A stretch of DNA of 64,000 nucleotides from contig JASCQW010000027.1 in NCBI GenBank assembly GCA_030264375.1, forward strand, positions 47,081,579 to 47,145,578, written 5' to 3'. The position numbers were made by a program, and so were the translations under genes. The notes under the pieces are model-generated. The model searched no databases. It was not told the DNA's origin and saw nothing but the letters and a program-made list of their open reading frames with translations. Of the stretch, positions 12,003-23,470 are shown in pieces (the first letter of the stretch is position 1; every line of letters begins with the position of its first letter). This stretch comes from Carcharhinus longimanus. Its lineage: Eukaryota.

Positions 12003-12415
12003 ATAAGACCATAACATTTAGAAGCAGAGTTAGGCCATTCGGCCATCAAGTCTGTTCCACCATTCAATCATGGCTGATAAGTTTCTTAAACCCATTCTCC
12101 TGCTTTTTCCTCGTAACCTTTGATCCCCTTACCAATATAGACCCTATCTATCTCTGTCTTAAGTATACTCAATGACCTGGCCTCCACAGCCATCTCGGTA
12201 ATGAACTCTATAGATTCAGCACCCTTTGGCTGAAGAAATTCCTCCTCATCTCGGTTCTAAAGAAACATCTCTTTATCCTGAGACTGTGTCCTCGGATTCT
12301 ATTCTCCTATTAATGGAAACATCTTCTCCACGTCCATTCTATCCAGGCCTTTCAGCATTCTGTAAGTTTCAATGCGATCTCACCTCATCTTTCTAAACTT
12401 CATCGAGTACAGATC
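12003..12415 (-). mobile_element. CR1 LINE 3' end
   Basis: Same subfamily as 3821-4440. Confidence 0.88.
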
Positions 12416-12716
12416 ATTAGTCTGTAATTAGCCCAGCTTTGTAAAAATAACCTTTACTGCACCAATATAAATTTGTTCATTTTCCACATCAAGCTTTATA
12501 ATCTGGCAAATGCGTACCATATTAGGATTGAGATTCACCAAGGAATGTTGGATCCTCACAACTAGTGAGGAGAGAAGAGATATTTGCATCATAGGTTCAG
12601 AGTTGAAAAGAAGTTGTCCTCTGCCCATTGTACTGCCTGGTTAGTATTCTAATAAAGGCCTCAATTTCACATTTCCAGAATCTGCTAATGCATTTTAATG
12701 TATTTGTGCAACACAG

Positions 12717-12779
12717 AAACAGATCGACAGCAATTGGAGTTTTACAGAAGAACTTTTAAAACTGTCCTCAAATAATCAG
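12717..12779 (+). CDS. MMS22L: MMS22L internal coding exon (phase 0-0)
   Basis: acacag|AAA...CAG|gtatgt; 63 nt; KQIDSNWSFTEELLKLSSNNQ vs recalled human RKVESNWNFVEELLKKSISVQ; absent from the ORF track. Confidence 0.92.
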
Positions 12780-13123
12780 GTATGTAAGTACAGTTACATG
12801 GACTATTTATTTTATAAAGTCTAAACATCTTTCAAACAGCTCTAGAGAACAATCATACTGTGTTCAAAATGTTAACTTTGTTTCTCTCTCCATAGAGAGT
12901 GCCAGACCTGCTGAGTTTTTGCAGCACTTCTGGTTTTTATTTCAGATCTACAACATTTGCAGCATTTTGCTCATATTACTGTCAGTGATATTGGTTATGA
13001 GTAAATGTTAGCCAAGACACTGACAAAGCTCCCTGCCTTTTTTCAATATATATTTAGGGTTCATTCAGCCATTTTCTTCTAAATGTTTTTGACAATTCTC
13101 GTTAGTGAGCCCTTATAACTTGT

Positions 13124-13605
13124 GTGAAAGGAGTGCAGCGAGGGTGTACCAGGCTGATTCCTGGGATGGCAGGTCTATCATATGAGGAGAGACTAAGACA
13201 GTTAGGATTATATTCACTGGAGTTTAGAAATCTCATAGAAATTCATAAAATTCTAACGGGATTAGACAGGATAGATTCAGAAAGAATGTTCCCAGTGGTG
13301 GGGGAATCCAGAACTAGGGGTCACAGTTTGATGATAAGGGGCAAACTTTTTAGAACTGAGATGAGGAGAAATTTCTTCACCCAGAGGATGGTGAATGTGT
13401 GGAATTCACTGCCACAGAAAGTAGTTGAATCCAAAATGTTGTCTGATTTCAAGAAGAAATTAGATATAGCTTTTGGGGCTAAAGGGATCAAGGGATATGG
13501 GGCAAAGAGGAAATCATGATATTGAATTTGATGATCAGCCATGATCAAAATGAATGGTGGAGGCTTGAAGGGCCGAATGGCCGACTTCTGCTTCTAGTTT
13601 CTATG
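13124..13605 (+). mobile_element. CR1 LINE 3' end
   Basis: YEERLRQLGLYSLE...TRGHSL...RRNFFTQRMVNVWNSLP. Confidence 0.92.
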
Positions 13606-14301
13606 TGGCCTAGGGAATTTTCATTGCTGCCAATACCTAGGTGAAATATGGTTGAATGTTAAGGATAATGAAAAGCAATAAATTTATACATTATTTCATG
13701 TTCCGTTAGGTCTTCCTGGTATTTGACAAGTTATAAAATACAACTAACATTATTGGGCTTTAAATAACAAATGAAAATTAAAAGCATAAATAAATAAGCG
13801 AACAGAAGAAACATGGGATAGACTTTTAACCCTTTAAACACCTTCTTCAAGTGTAGCCCTTCGAATCTTTGGCATGTCCAGCTTCCCAATTTATTCAGGC
13901 CCTCCTGTGCTTTTCAAGTCCAATGCATACGTGAGGAATTCCTTCCAGAATTTCATCAATGCCACTTCTGCAAAATTTGAAATGAAGTTTATCATATCTG
14001 ATTGAGGTTAATATCTATATTTTCTAAAATTCAGTAACATAAGAACTCAACATCATCCTTCCTTCTGTCAATGTTTTCAGTGAAGAATGAATACTTACCA
14101 AGTACCATTCAGGGAATCTGTAAATAAAAATAAGCTCTGAAAAAATGCTACAGAGCTATCCTCCATCTCAAAACATCTTGAGTAGTCCTGGTGAAATATT
14201 ATTTGTGACCATTGTAATGAAGCACAAAATCTTATGTACTTCCAATAAAAATAATGTCTGTGATTATTGTTTGATCCTATCTCTTGACTCTAATATTTTA
14301 G

Positions 14302-14421
14302 ACTGGCGTCTTGGAAGAACATTTACGGATGCATGTTCAATGTTGCCTAACATTGTGTGACCTCTGGGATATTAATCCGAATGCTGTTTCTATACTCTGG
14401 GAATATTACAGCAAACATCTG
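14302..14421 (+). CDS. MMS22L: MMS22L internal coding exon (phase 0-0)
   Basis: ttttag|ACT...CTG|gtgagt; 120 nt; TGVLEEHLRMHVQCCLTLCDLWDINPNAVSILWEYYSKHL vs recalled human GVILEEQLRMYLHCCLTLCDFWEPNIAIVTILWEYYSKNL. Confidence 0.95.
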
Positions 14422-15149
14422 GTGAGTACAAAATTTGCACAACTGTTAGTAGTTCTGAAACCTTACTGGTGAAAAGATAAAATAATTGCAACAAATCAAG
14501 CAGTTGGAATGATAAAATTGCACTCATTTCAATTTCTTTGTATTATTCTAATTGATCTCCTGTGGAATTTCACGCAGTGTCAAGACTAAGTGTAATTTTC
14601 AATTAGGATTGATCAGGGTGCTGGGACTGAATTCAATTGCCATTTTAAAGTCATGCATTCTCTGCATAGTTTTAGATAGCATTTCAATTTTACATTATTA
14701 CAATAGATCTCCCATGGTGTGTCTCATAATGAGTTAGAAGATATACTGAGCAGGCCCAACGCCTGCTAGTATCATTCCTTTTAAAAAAATAGTGAAAGTG
14801 AGTGTAACCCTTGGCAATCAGCTCAAATTGCCACATTGTAGGTGCTTGCCATGTTACAAACTGGCCTTGCTGGACTATCAGCATGTGCTCTCTGGAGCTT
14901 ATTGAGACTGTGTGGATCCATGGATTGTTTCGTTATCTAAAGAATTTCATTGGAGCTGAATATTCTGCAAATATCAGTGACCATCCCCGTTTTGACCCAA
15001 TGAAAGAGTGAAGGACATTTGGTGATGCAACTGCAGATGGTTGTGTTTCGGACACTACCCTGAGGAACTCCTGTAATCATGTCTTAAGTCTGAGATAACT
15101 TGCCTCCAAGAACATCAGCAATCTTCCCCTCTATTTGGTTGTAACTTCT

Positions 15150-15402
15150 TTATTCATTCATGGGGCATGGGCATCACTGATTGGCCAGCATTTATTGCCC
15201 ATCGCTAGTTCCCTTGTTAAGAGGGCAGTTGAGAGTCAACCGCATTGCTGTAGTTCTGGGGTCACGTGTAGGCCAGACCAGGTAAGGATGACCGATTTCC
15301 TTCCCTAAAGAACATTAGTGAACGAGATAGATCTTTTTGACAATCGGCAATGATTTCACGGTCATCAGTAGATTCTTAATTCCAAATATTTTTATTGAAT
15401 TC
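15150..15402 (-). mobile_element. SINE family B, partial
   Basis: ttcatggggcatgggcatcactg...gagtcaaccgcattgctg. Confidence 0.8.
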
Positions 15403-16110
15403 GAGGGTAGAGATAAGCCACTCTGCCTGTGATCAGTGGGGGAGAAGGGAAGATCCACTGCCACTCTGTCTGTGATCAGTGGGGGCAAAGGGGGAGGGGC
15501 TCGCGATCAGTCAGGGTCACAGGGGTGTGGGAGGATAAGAGGGTCAGTAAGGTTGATGGGTGGGGCAATGCCTGTGGGCTCTAAAAGTCGGATCTGAAAC
15601 ATTCTCGGTTTCAAGTTCGCCCAGCACTTGGAATAAATATAGTAAAATAGTGCCCAATATGTTAACCAGCTGAGGTCAGGATTTTGGCCTAGTCAAGGGG
15701 AGATGAGCTCCTAATGATTGTATATCTGCATTCTTTAAATAACTTGGGGACATTGGAGAATGAATTTATCCATTTGACTGATCCCCATACTCTCTGTTCC
15801 ATTCAAACAAGAGAGACGGTACTAGATGAGAACAATAGGAAGCAAATTTAATTTATTTATTAGTGTCAACAAAGATTGACAAAGAAGTTGATAAAGAAGG
15901 GTAGGAGAAACTATGAAGCTGGGCTAGCGCTTAATATAANNNNNNNNNNNNNNNNNNNNNNNNNNNNNNNNNNNNNNNNNNNNNNNNNNNNNNNNNNNNN
16001 NNNNNNNNNNNNNNNNNNNNNNNNNNNNNNNNNNNNNNNTCTTATTGAATGGCGGGGCAGGCTCGAAGGGCTAGATGGCCTACTCCTGCTCCTATTTCTT
16101 ATGTTCTTAT

Positions 16111-16397
16111 GTCACAAGTAGGCTTACATTAACATTGCAATGAAGTTATTGTGAAAATCCCTTAGTCGCCTAAACACCATCGTCTGTTCAGGTGCACTGA
16201 GGGAGAATTTAGCATGGCCAATGCACCTAATCAGCACATCTTTTGGACTGTGGGAGGAAATCGGAGCACTCGGGGGAAACCCACGCAGACACAGGGAGAA
16301 TGTGCAGACTCCACTCAGACAGTGACCCTCTGGGAATCGAACCCAGGTCCCTGGCACTGAGATGCAGTAATACTAACCACTGTGCCACCATGCTGCC
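16111..16397 (-). mobile_element. HE1-like SINE with alternative tail
   Basis: Head ...aaccactgtgccaccatgctgcc; tail gtcacaagtaggcttacattaacattgcaatgaagtt. Confidence 0.85.
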
Positions 16398-17076
16398 AGT
16401 AGAAAGAGGGACTGTGAAGCTTAAATTGCATGAAACAAAGTGGCAACAGGTTAGAATGTCTCTGTAGGTGAAATAGAAAATATTTTTTGAGGAGTGCATT
16501 TATTTACATACACCAAGACTCCTATACTTGGATTGTCTGGTCTTTATTTGCCCTTGCTGAGCTAGTATTTTACCACTGTGACAGGTTGATTTCCACTGAC
16601 ACCGTTGTTACAGTTTTTCAATTAGAATCAGCCACATAAACCAACATCTAGTCTCTGAAGGCATCACCAATACTGCAGATCAATGTTGACCAATCCTCAA
16701 TGGCTTTCTCATTCTTTCAATGTATTTTCAGTGGGAATAATGCAACCACTGCAATGAGAGAATTGTAGATTTTACTTATGAGATATTTCTGCTTTATCAA
16801 GTTGATTAACGATCTGGCAAATTTTGCATGGTTTCATGTAACCGATGACACTTTGGAGGCGTGGTCTCAGTTTTTTAATTTGGTTAAGTTATTCTTTATT
16901 TCAATGTTTATTTTTTTTAAATGCAGGATAAGTTTGAATATACAGCTTTGAAATGGTTTGTCTGTTGTGTGTTAAGAGATCAGGTTGTTGATTTAATAAG
17001 TTTTTTAATTTGTGGGTTGCATTTGGATGTCCTGAGTATGGCTGACTGCAATTCACTCTCTTGTCTGTTGTCACAG

Positions 17077-17303
17077 AATAGCGCCTTCAATATTCCCTGG
17101 CTTGGTTTGAAAGGGCTGGCCAGTGTGTGCAAATCTCCTTTGTCTATGCTTGAGATTACAAAGACCTGTTGCTGTGGTGAACAAAGCCCCAATTTGTACC
17201 AGTCTCAGAACAGCTTTCAGTTCTTCCTCCGAATTCTGGCCCTGCAGATTACGAAAGGAAAGGACACAAATGGGATGCACCCGTGGAAACAGCTGAAAGG
17301 AAG
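17077..17303 (+). CDS. MMS22L: MMS22L internal coding exon (phase 0-2)
   Basis: tcacag|AAT...GGA AG|gtagta; 227 nt; NSAFNIPWLGLKGLASVCKSPLSMLEITKTCCC...HPWKQLKG. Confidence 0.95.
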
Positions 17304-17761
17304 GTAGTAAAATACGCTGTATTTTTCCCAACACACTCCAACCCACAAACCGTGTTCTGTTAACACTGTCACAATGACTGCCCCACTCTTTTTGGTTATT
17401 GGCAGAGGGGTCTTAAGACAGGTGTTAACCTGTTAACGTATCAAAGAGGCCAAACACCTAAAAAAAAGGCCTGACTCTACTTTGGAAATGTTTAAGACAT
17501 TGAGCGCTGAAACTGGACCTCATTGCATCCATTTTGCATTCTGCACCTCATTTCTGTTAAGCAATTAAGACTTCTGTTAAGAGATTAGTTTGAGGCTGTT
17601 CAACTTCATTTCCATGAAACCTTTAAATCGAGTGAAGAGTGAAAAACTGGCACAAATGTCAATACACTGCATTAGTTTATTTTGGTAAATCCGCGTGAAA
17701 CACTTAGCAAATACAAACTTTAAAGTTAATTTATCGGATAAAATTAGGTGAATTTCTTTTT

Positions 17762-18152
17762 CTTTATTCTTTCATGGGATGTGGGTGATGTTGGCTGGGC
17801 CAGCATTTATTGCCCATCCCTAATTGTCCCTGACCCGAGTGGCTTGCTAAGCCATTTTAAAGGACAGTTAAGATGCAGCCACATTACTGTGGGTTTGGAG
17901 TCACATGTAAGCCAGACAGGATAAAGATGGCAGATTTCCTCCCCTGAAGGGCAGTAGTGAACCAGGTGGGTTTTTATAACAATCAATCTTAATTGTCATG
18001 GTCACCATCACTGAGACTAATTTTCAAATCCAGATATATTAATTGAATTTAAATTCCAACTGCCATGTTGGCTTTAAACTCATGTACCCAGAGCATTAGA
18101 CCGAGCCCCTGGATAAGCACTCAAGTGATATTACCAATATGCCACCATCTCT
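17762..18152 (-). mobile_element. SINE family B, full length
   Basis: Colinear with the 895-1220 copy. Confidence 0.8.
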
Positions 18153-18715
18153 CTGATAAAGCGAATTAATATTAATTTCTAAACAGCTAATTTAGTATTG
18201 AGTCCCACTATGCCTGAGAGTTCACTTCTTTTTGATACTTGGAGTAGGATAGCTTGATCTTGGGTTCAGACATAGCTCGGCACAACATCGAGGGCTGAAG
18301 GGCCTATACTGTGCTGTACTGTTCTATGTCATTTATCAAACAAAATCCCATGCCTTATAATTCTCAAGATACTGCAATGAAAAATGAGAAACCTGGATAC
18401 TCGAGCATTGAAGTGAAAGTCATGCTTTTCTGAATGAAAATAGTTACATTTGTTAAAACTTATCATTAATTTGTTTTTCCATGGAATAACATCAGATCTT
18501 TGACAGAACAGTTTTTCGGCAAACCTTTCTTAACTCTTAAATTTGTAAATTTGTGATTTTGTTAAGTCATGTGGTGGAACCTGGAGTAATAGCACCTCCA
18601 TAAGGTCATCCCACCTCTTCCACCGTACTGAAAACATTCCAGATGTGCTTCTTAGAATATTTTGCCTGTTTCCATTTCTGCTAAATGAAACTAAGCAACC
18701 TCATTAATTTTCTAG

Positions 18716-19225
18716 GATTTATTCCAAGTTCCATCAGCGAAAAATGCAGGAACTTACCGAATTGGGACTTCAGAACTTCTTCAGCCTTTTTCTAGTCCTT
18801 GCAGCAGTGGCCGAGATAGAGGACGTTGTCAGCCGGGTATCAGATCTCCTGGACTTTTTAAAACCTAGCCATCTCTCTGTAGCCCAGCAGTCATTGATTT
18901 GGAAAGGCTACTTTGCTTTTCTTCTGATGTACGAAGAGAAGAATGTTGATATTAGTGTTCTTGCTACAAAACTGTCAACGAACTTCCAGAATGTAACTAA
19001 AGAGTTCTACCTGAAAACTACAGACCACGCCCGAAAAGTGACCCTCTGGCCGTTGCTGTCAACATACATTGAAGCTGTTCAGGAGGTATTCGAAACAAGC
19101 CCCTATCTGCACCTTTCAGAAGAAAAACTGTTGAATGAAGGGTTTAGTTTGCTCTATCGTGCCTGTAGGGAATCTGAATTGAACACAGCACTGTCATTTT
19201 TGCAGGTTGTGTTGGCTCGTTTAAG
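18716..19225 (+). CDS. MMS22L: MMS22L large internal coding exon (phase 2-2)
   Basis: ttctag|G ATT TAT...TTA AG|gtgagt; 510 nt; IYSKFHQRKMQELTELGLQNFFSLFLVLAAVAE...RACRESELNTALSFLQVVLARL, strongly similar to recalled human MMS22L. Confidence 0.97.
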
Positions 19226-19964
19226 GTGAGTGGACATTCACTTTAATTTATATCTTATGACGAGGGTTTTCCTCAACTTTGCTCTGCATTTTTCTTTTAG
19301 GTTTTCAATGATATTTCTAAAGATACAAATGAATGAAGTTATCATTGAAGTATTGTTGCTGAGCATCGCATAAACAAACTTGGTGGGCTTTTTTAAACCT
19401 TCGGCCTGGAGATTTTACTGGGTTGTTGGATAATTTAATACTGCATGGTGAATAGGCAATGGTTAAAGCTTGCATTCAGTTCTGAGTCAGGAGATAATTT
19501 GCCTCCAAAGAACAGATCAATATAACTTCTGAGAATCTTTGTGGGAACAGTTTTTAACCTAGATAGTTGATGTATGCTTGATAGATTTTATCTCAGTGAG
19601 AAGCCAGAACTATGTTGCACTGATGTCAAACTTGTATTGTGAATGCATAGGGCAACCCTGAGGGGTGGGCAAGTAATCCAACAGAGTCTGTGTGTTGTCT
19701 GCGTCTGATCATTTATCAATTCATATTGTACATTGTGCAGTGGCTATCGTTCTGACTACCATTTTGGGATAATCCCCAAATTGACAGGAAGAAGATGGAG
19801 TGCCATTCCACATTTTGCTGTTAGCCCACTCCTTTGTTGTCTCTTTAGAACACAGTCATATCCGAAGTGTTTGAAGTTTAATTAAGTTTTTACATTTTGA
19901 CAGAACTGACATCAGCTGTGACTGAGGTTTTCCTTTGTCAATGAATGTCCTGATGTTGAGTTAT

Positions 19965-20275
19965 TTTACATGGTACCAGCAACCCTCCAGTTTCAGCCAG
20001 TGGACCTTCATTCGTGGTGGTCTAGGAAGTGAGAGCTCATGTGCTACTTCTTATCAGAATACAGTCAAGCGCAAACATCCTTTTCAATAGAAGTCATTGG
20101 TTCGCGATTAAGTGTGGAAACACAGATATATTATTTTCCCCATCTGTATTTGGGGTGATTCCAGGGCTTATTCTTTGACTGGCAGGATGAGATCAACACA
20201 TAACATGTGAGAATCTTCCAATATGTTCTGTTTGCCAGCTCACTACTTAGTGGACTTAATCAGTGAGTCAATGTG
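19965..20275 (-). mobile_element. Ancient tRNA-derived SINE (MER131/AmnSINE2-like; name tentative)
   Basis: tggtaccagcaaccctccag...cagccagtggaccttc...; related + strand fragment near 33600-33760 (gagttagctgaccttagcc). Confidence 0.45.
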
Positions 20276-20299
20276 TAAATCAGGACAGCTGTAACAGGT

Positions 20300-20725
20300 T
20301 TAAGTCTCTGGATAATGCAAGTTTGGCAGCACAGGGATAGATACTTGATTGAAACATGTAAGATCCTGAGAAGTCTTGACAGGGCGGATGTGGAGAGGAT
20401 GTTTCCTCTTGTGGGAGAATTTAGAACTAGGCATCACTGCTAAAAAACAAGGAGTCACCCATTTAAAACAGAGATGTGGCGAAATTATTTGACTGAGGGT
20501 CATGAGTCTTTGGGACTCTCTTCCTGAAAAGGCAGTCGAAGCAGAGTCTTTGAGTATTTTAAGAAGTGGGTAGATTTTTGGTGAGCAAAAGGGTGATAGG
20601 TTATTGGGGGTTGGCCAGAGTGCAAATTTGAGGTTACAGTCAGATCAGCCTTGATCTGATTAAACAGTGGAACAGGCTTGAGAAACTGAATGGCCATCTC
20701 CTGCTCCTTGTTCATTTGTTCAGAT
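20300..20725 (+). mobile_element. CR1 LINE 3' end
   Basis: gatgtggagaggatgtttcctcttgtgggagaatttagaactagg...gaatggccatctcctgctcc. Confidence 0.85.
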
Positions 20726-21159
20726 GTTCACAGGACACTCTTGTCTGCTGCTTGGCAATAATGGCATGGAACTAAAACATGAATGGTGAGAAATCATCAG
20801 TTAACCAGAGTTGTAGTGAATATGAATTTATTGAGTAGAACAGTAACAAATCATATTTACATAGAGTCTTTAACATAGTAAAAAGACACTTCTTGGGGAC
20901 ATTTTCAGACAAAATTTGACACAGCCATACAAGTAGATATTGGGACAAGTGACCAATAGCTTGGCCACAGAGGTAGTTATTAATGAGGTTATTAAAGAAG
21001 GGAATAAATGGGGAGAGGTTGAGAGAGGGAGTTCTAGAGCTTAAGACTTGAACACTGAAAGAATGCTGCCTATGGTGGAACAGCAAATACTGAGGATGTG
21101 CAAGGGGCCAAAAATAAAAGAATATAGCGATCTTAATGGGTTGTAAGGCTGAAGACCAG

Positions 21160-22000
21160 AAGTCATAGATGCAAAAGTAGGCCATTTGGCCATCAAGTCT
21201 GCTCTACCATTCAGTGAGATTGACTGATCTGGTATGATAATGTTGAACTCCACTTTCCCATTACCCATGATTCTCTTACGGATTAAAAATCTGTTTATCT
21301 CAGCCTTGAGCATACTTAATGACCCAGCCTCTTCAGTGCTCTGCGGTAAAGAGTTCCAGAGATTCACTGGCCTCTGAGAGAAGATATTCTGCTTCATCAC
21401 TGCCTTAAATGGGTGACCCCTTACTCTGAGATTATGGCCTCTAGTCCTGACTCTCCCACAAAGGGAAACAACCTCGCAGCATCTACCCCATCAAACCCCT
21501 GAAAAACCTATATGTCTCAATAAGATCGCCTCTCATTCTTCTAAACTACAGCGAGTACAGGCCCAACCTACTCACTCTCTCCTGATAAGAAAATTCCTTT
21601 ATACAGGGGATTAACCTAGTGAACCTTCTCTGTACTGCCTCTGATACCGGTATATCCCCCCTTAGTTAAGAAAACTAAAACTCTTCACAATGTTTCAGAT
21701 ATGGTCCAACTGATGCCTTATATATTTTTGGCAAGACTTGCCTATTTTTATGCTCCATTCACTTTGAAACAAAAACCAACATCCCATTTTTCTTCCCTGC
21801 TGAATCTGCATGCTTGATTTTTGTGATTTATGCACAAGGATCCCCAAATCCTTCTGTGCTGCAGCTTTCTGCAGTCTTTCTCTATTTAAATAATATTCAG
21901 CTTCTTAACTCTTCCTACCAAAGTGCAGAACTTCACATTTTCCTACATTATATTCCATCTGCCAAATTTTTGTCCAGTCACTTAACCTGCCTATAACCTT
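21160..22000 (-). mobile_element. CR1 LINE 3' portion
   Basis: NIFSQRPVNLWNSLPQ; typical CR1 tail. Confidence 0.85.
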
Positions 22001-22435
22001 CTTAGACTCTTCGATGGCGATCTTACCAGCTCATCATGCCAGTCGATCGGTGTGGCAAGCAGGTAAGATTGGGTGAAAGACGAGAAACCAGACTCATGCC
22101 CAGTTTCTCATCTCTCACAATGTTACCAGCCCAATTGTGTCAGTGAAATCAGCACAATCTGCATTAGATGTTCATTAGCTTATTTTAATAAAATTAGTGA
22201 TTCCTGCATGCAGTTGTGCTGACAGGTAGCGTTTGTGTCCTCTAAGTGCCAGGTAATAATCACTTTGAACAAGAAAAGATCCATACACCTCAACCCGACT
22301 TTCAGCAATATCAATGTCCTTGAGTCCCTCCCACCTGCATCTTTGCAGTCTCCTGTGACTTAACCAATCATAGTAACAATGCAGGTGCATGCGCAGGACA
22401 AGGGTTTTTGATAATTTTTTCTTTACTGTTTACTT

Positions 22436-23106
22436 CTTCATGGGATGTGGGTGTCGCTGGCTGGACCAGCATTTGTTGTCCATCCCTAATTACCCCTTGA
22501 AATGAGTGGCTCATCAGGCCATTTCAGAGGGCAGGTGAGAGTCAACCACATTGTTGTAGACCAGACCAGGTAAGGACAGCAGATTTTCTTCTGTAAAGGA
22601 CATTAGTGAGCCCGATGGGTTTTTACGAGAATCAACAATGGTTCCATGGGGTGGCGGGGTGGCATGGTGGCACTGTGGTTAATACTGCTGCCTCACAGTG
22701 CCAGGGAGCTGGATTCAGTTTCCTGCTTGGGTCACTTTTGTGTGGAGTCTGCACATTCTTCCCGTGTCTGTGTGGTTTTCTTCCAGGTGCTCCAGTTTCT
22801 TCTGACTGTCCAGAGATGTGCAGGTTAGGTGACTTGGCCGTGCTAAATTCTCCCTCAGTGTACTAGAACAGGCACAGGAGTGTGGTGACCAGGAGGATTT
22901 TTACAGTACCTTAATTGCAGTGTGAATGTAAGCCCACTTGTGACTAATAAATAAACTTTACTTACTTTACTTTCCATGGTCATCATTAATCCCAAATTTG
23001 TTTTATTGAATTCAAGTTTCACCATCTGCCATGGTGGGCTTTGAACCCAGGTCCCTAGAGCAATACCCTGAGTCTTTGGATTATAAGTCCAATGACAATG
23101 CCATTC
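22436..23106 (-). mobile_element. SINE family B interrupted by an HE1-like SINE
   Basis: The host sequence continues across the insertion (caatggttccatgg...tcatcatt). Confidence 0.85.
22650..22971 (+). mobile_element. HE1-like SINE (alternative tail) with 8-bp TSD
   Basis: ttccatgg at 22642-22649 and 22972-22979; tail ctaataaataaactttacttactttac. Confidence 0.9.
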
Positions 23107-23259
23107 CTCCTCCTCCTCCACCACCACCGCCACCACTGTTTGAAAGAATGACTCACTGCTTGACCTTTCAAAGTCTCACCAAGAGTGGAGCCACATTGTA
23201 GCCAGTTTGCATGGAGCAGAGTCCGACACATAGCAGTGAGATAAAATATTTTCTGGTGG

Positions 23260-23470
23260 GGGTTGACGAATATTGGCCAGCGTTCTGGTAGCTTTCTCCT
23301 ACTTTTCGAACAGTGCAATGGATCTTTAATGTCTACTTGAGCTAGCAGAGGAGGACTTTGTAATAACTTCTTATCCAGAATATGACGTGTTTCTTAAAGA
23401 GCTTAATGTTCTCTCAATCTGGAGAGGGGCTTGATCCCATGACCTACCAACTTGGATGAAAGTACTACCT
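23260..23470 (-). mobile_element. Deu-domain SINE remnant (SacSINE1/AmnSINE-like)
   Basis: aatattggccag...cctacttttcgaacagtgcaatggatctttaatg resembles the reverse complement of the recalled Deu core. Confidence 0.6.

Noticed and set aside
18744-19229. Stand-alone 161-aa gene starting at ATG 18744
   Set aside because: It is an internal MMS22L exon with an acceptor at 18715 and a donor at 19226.
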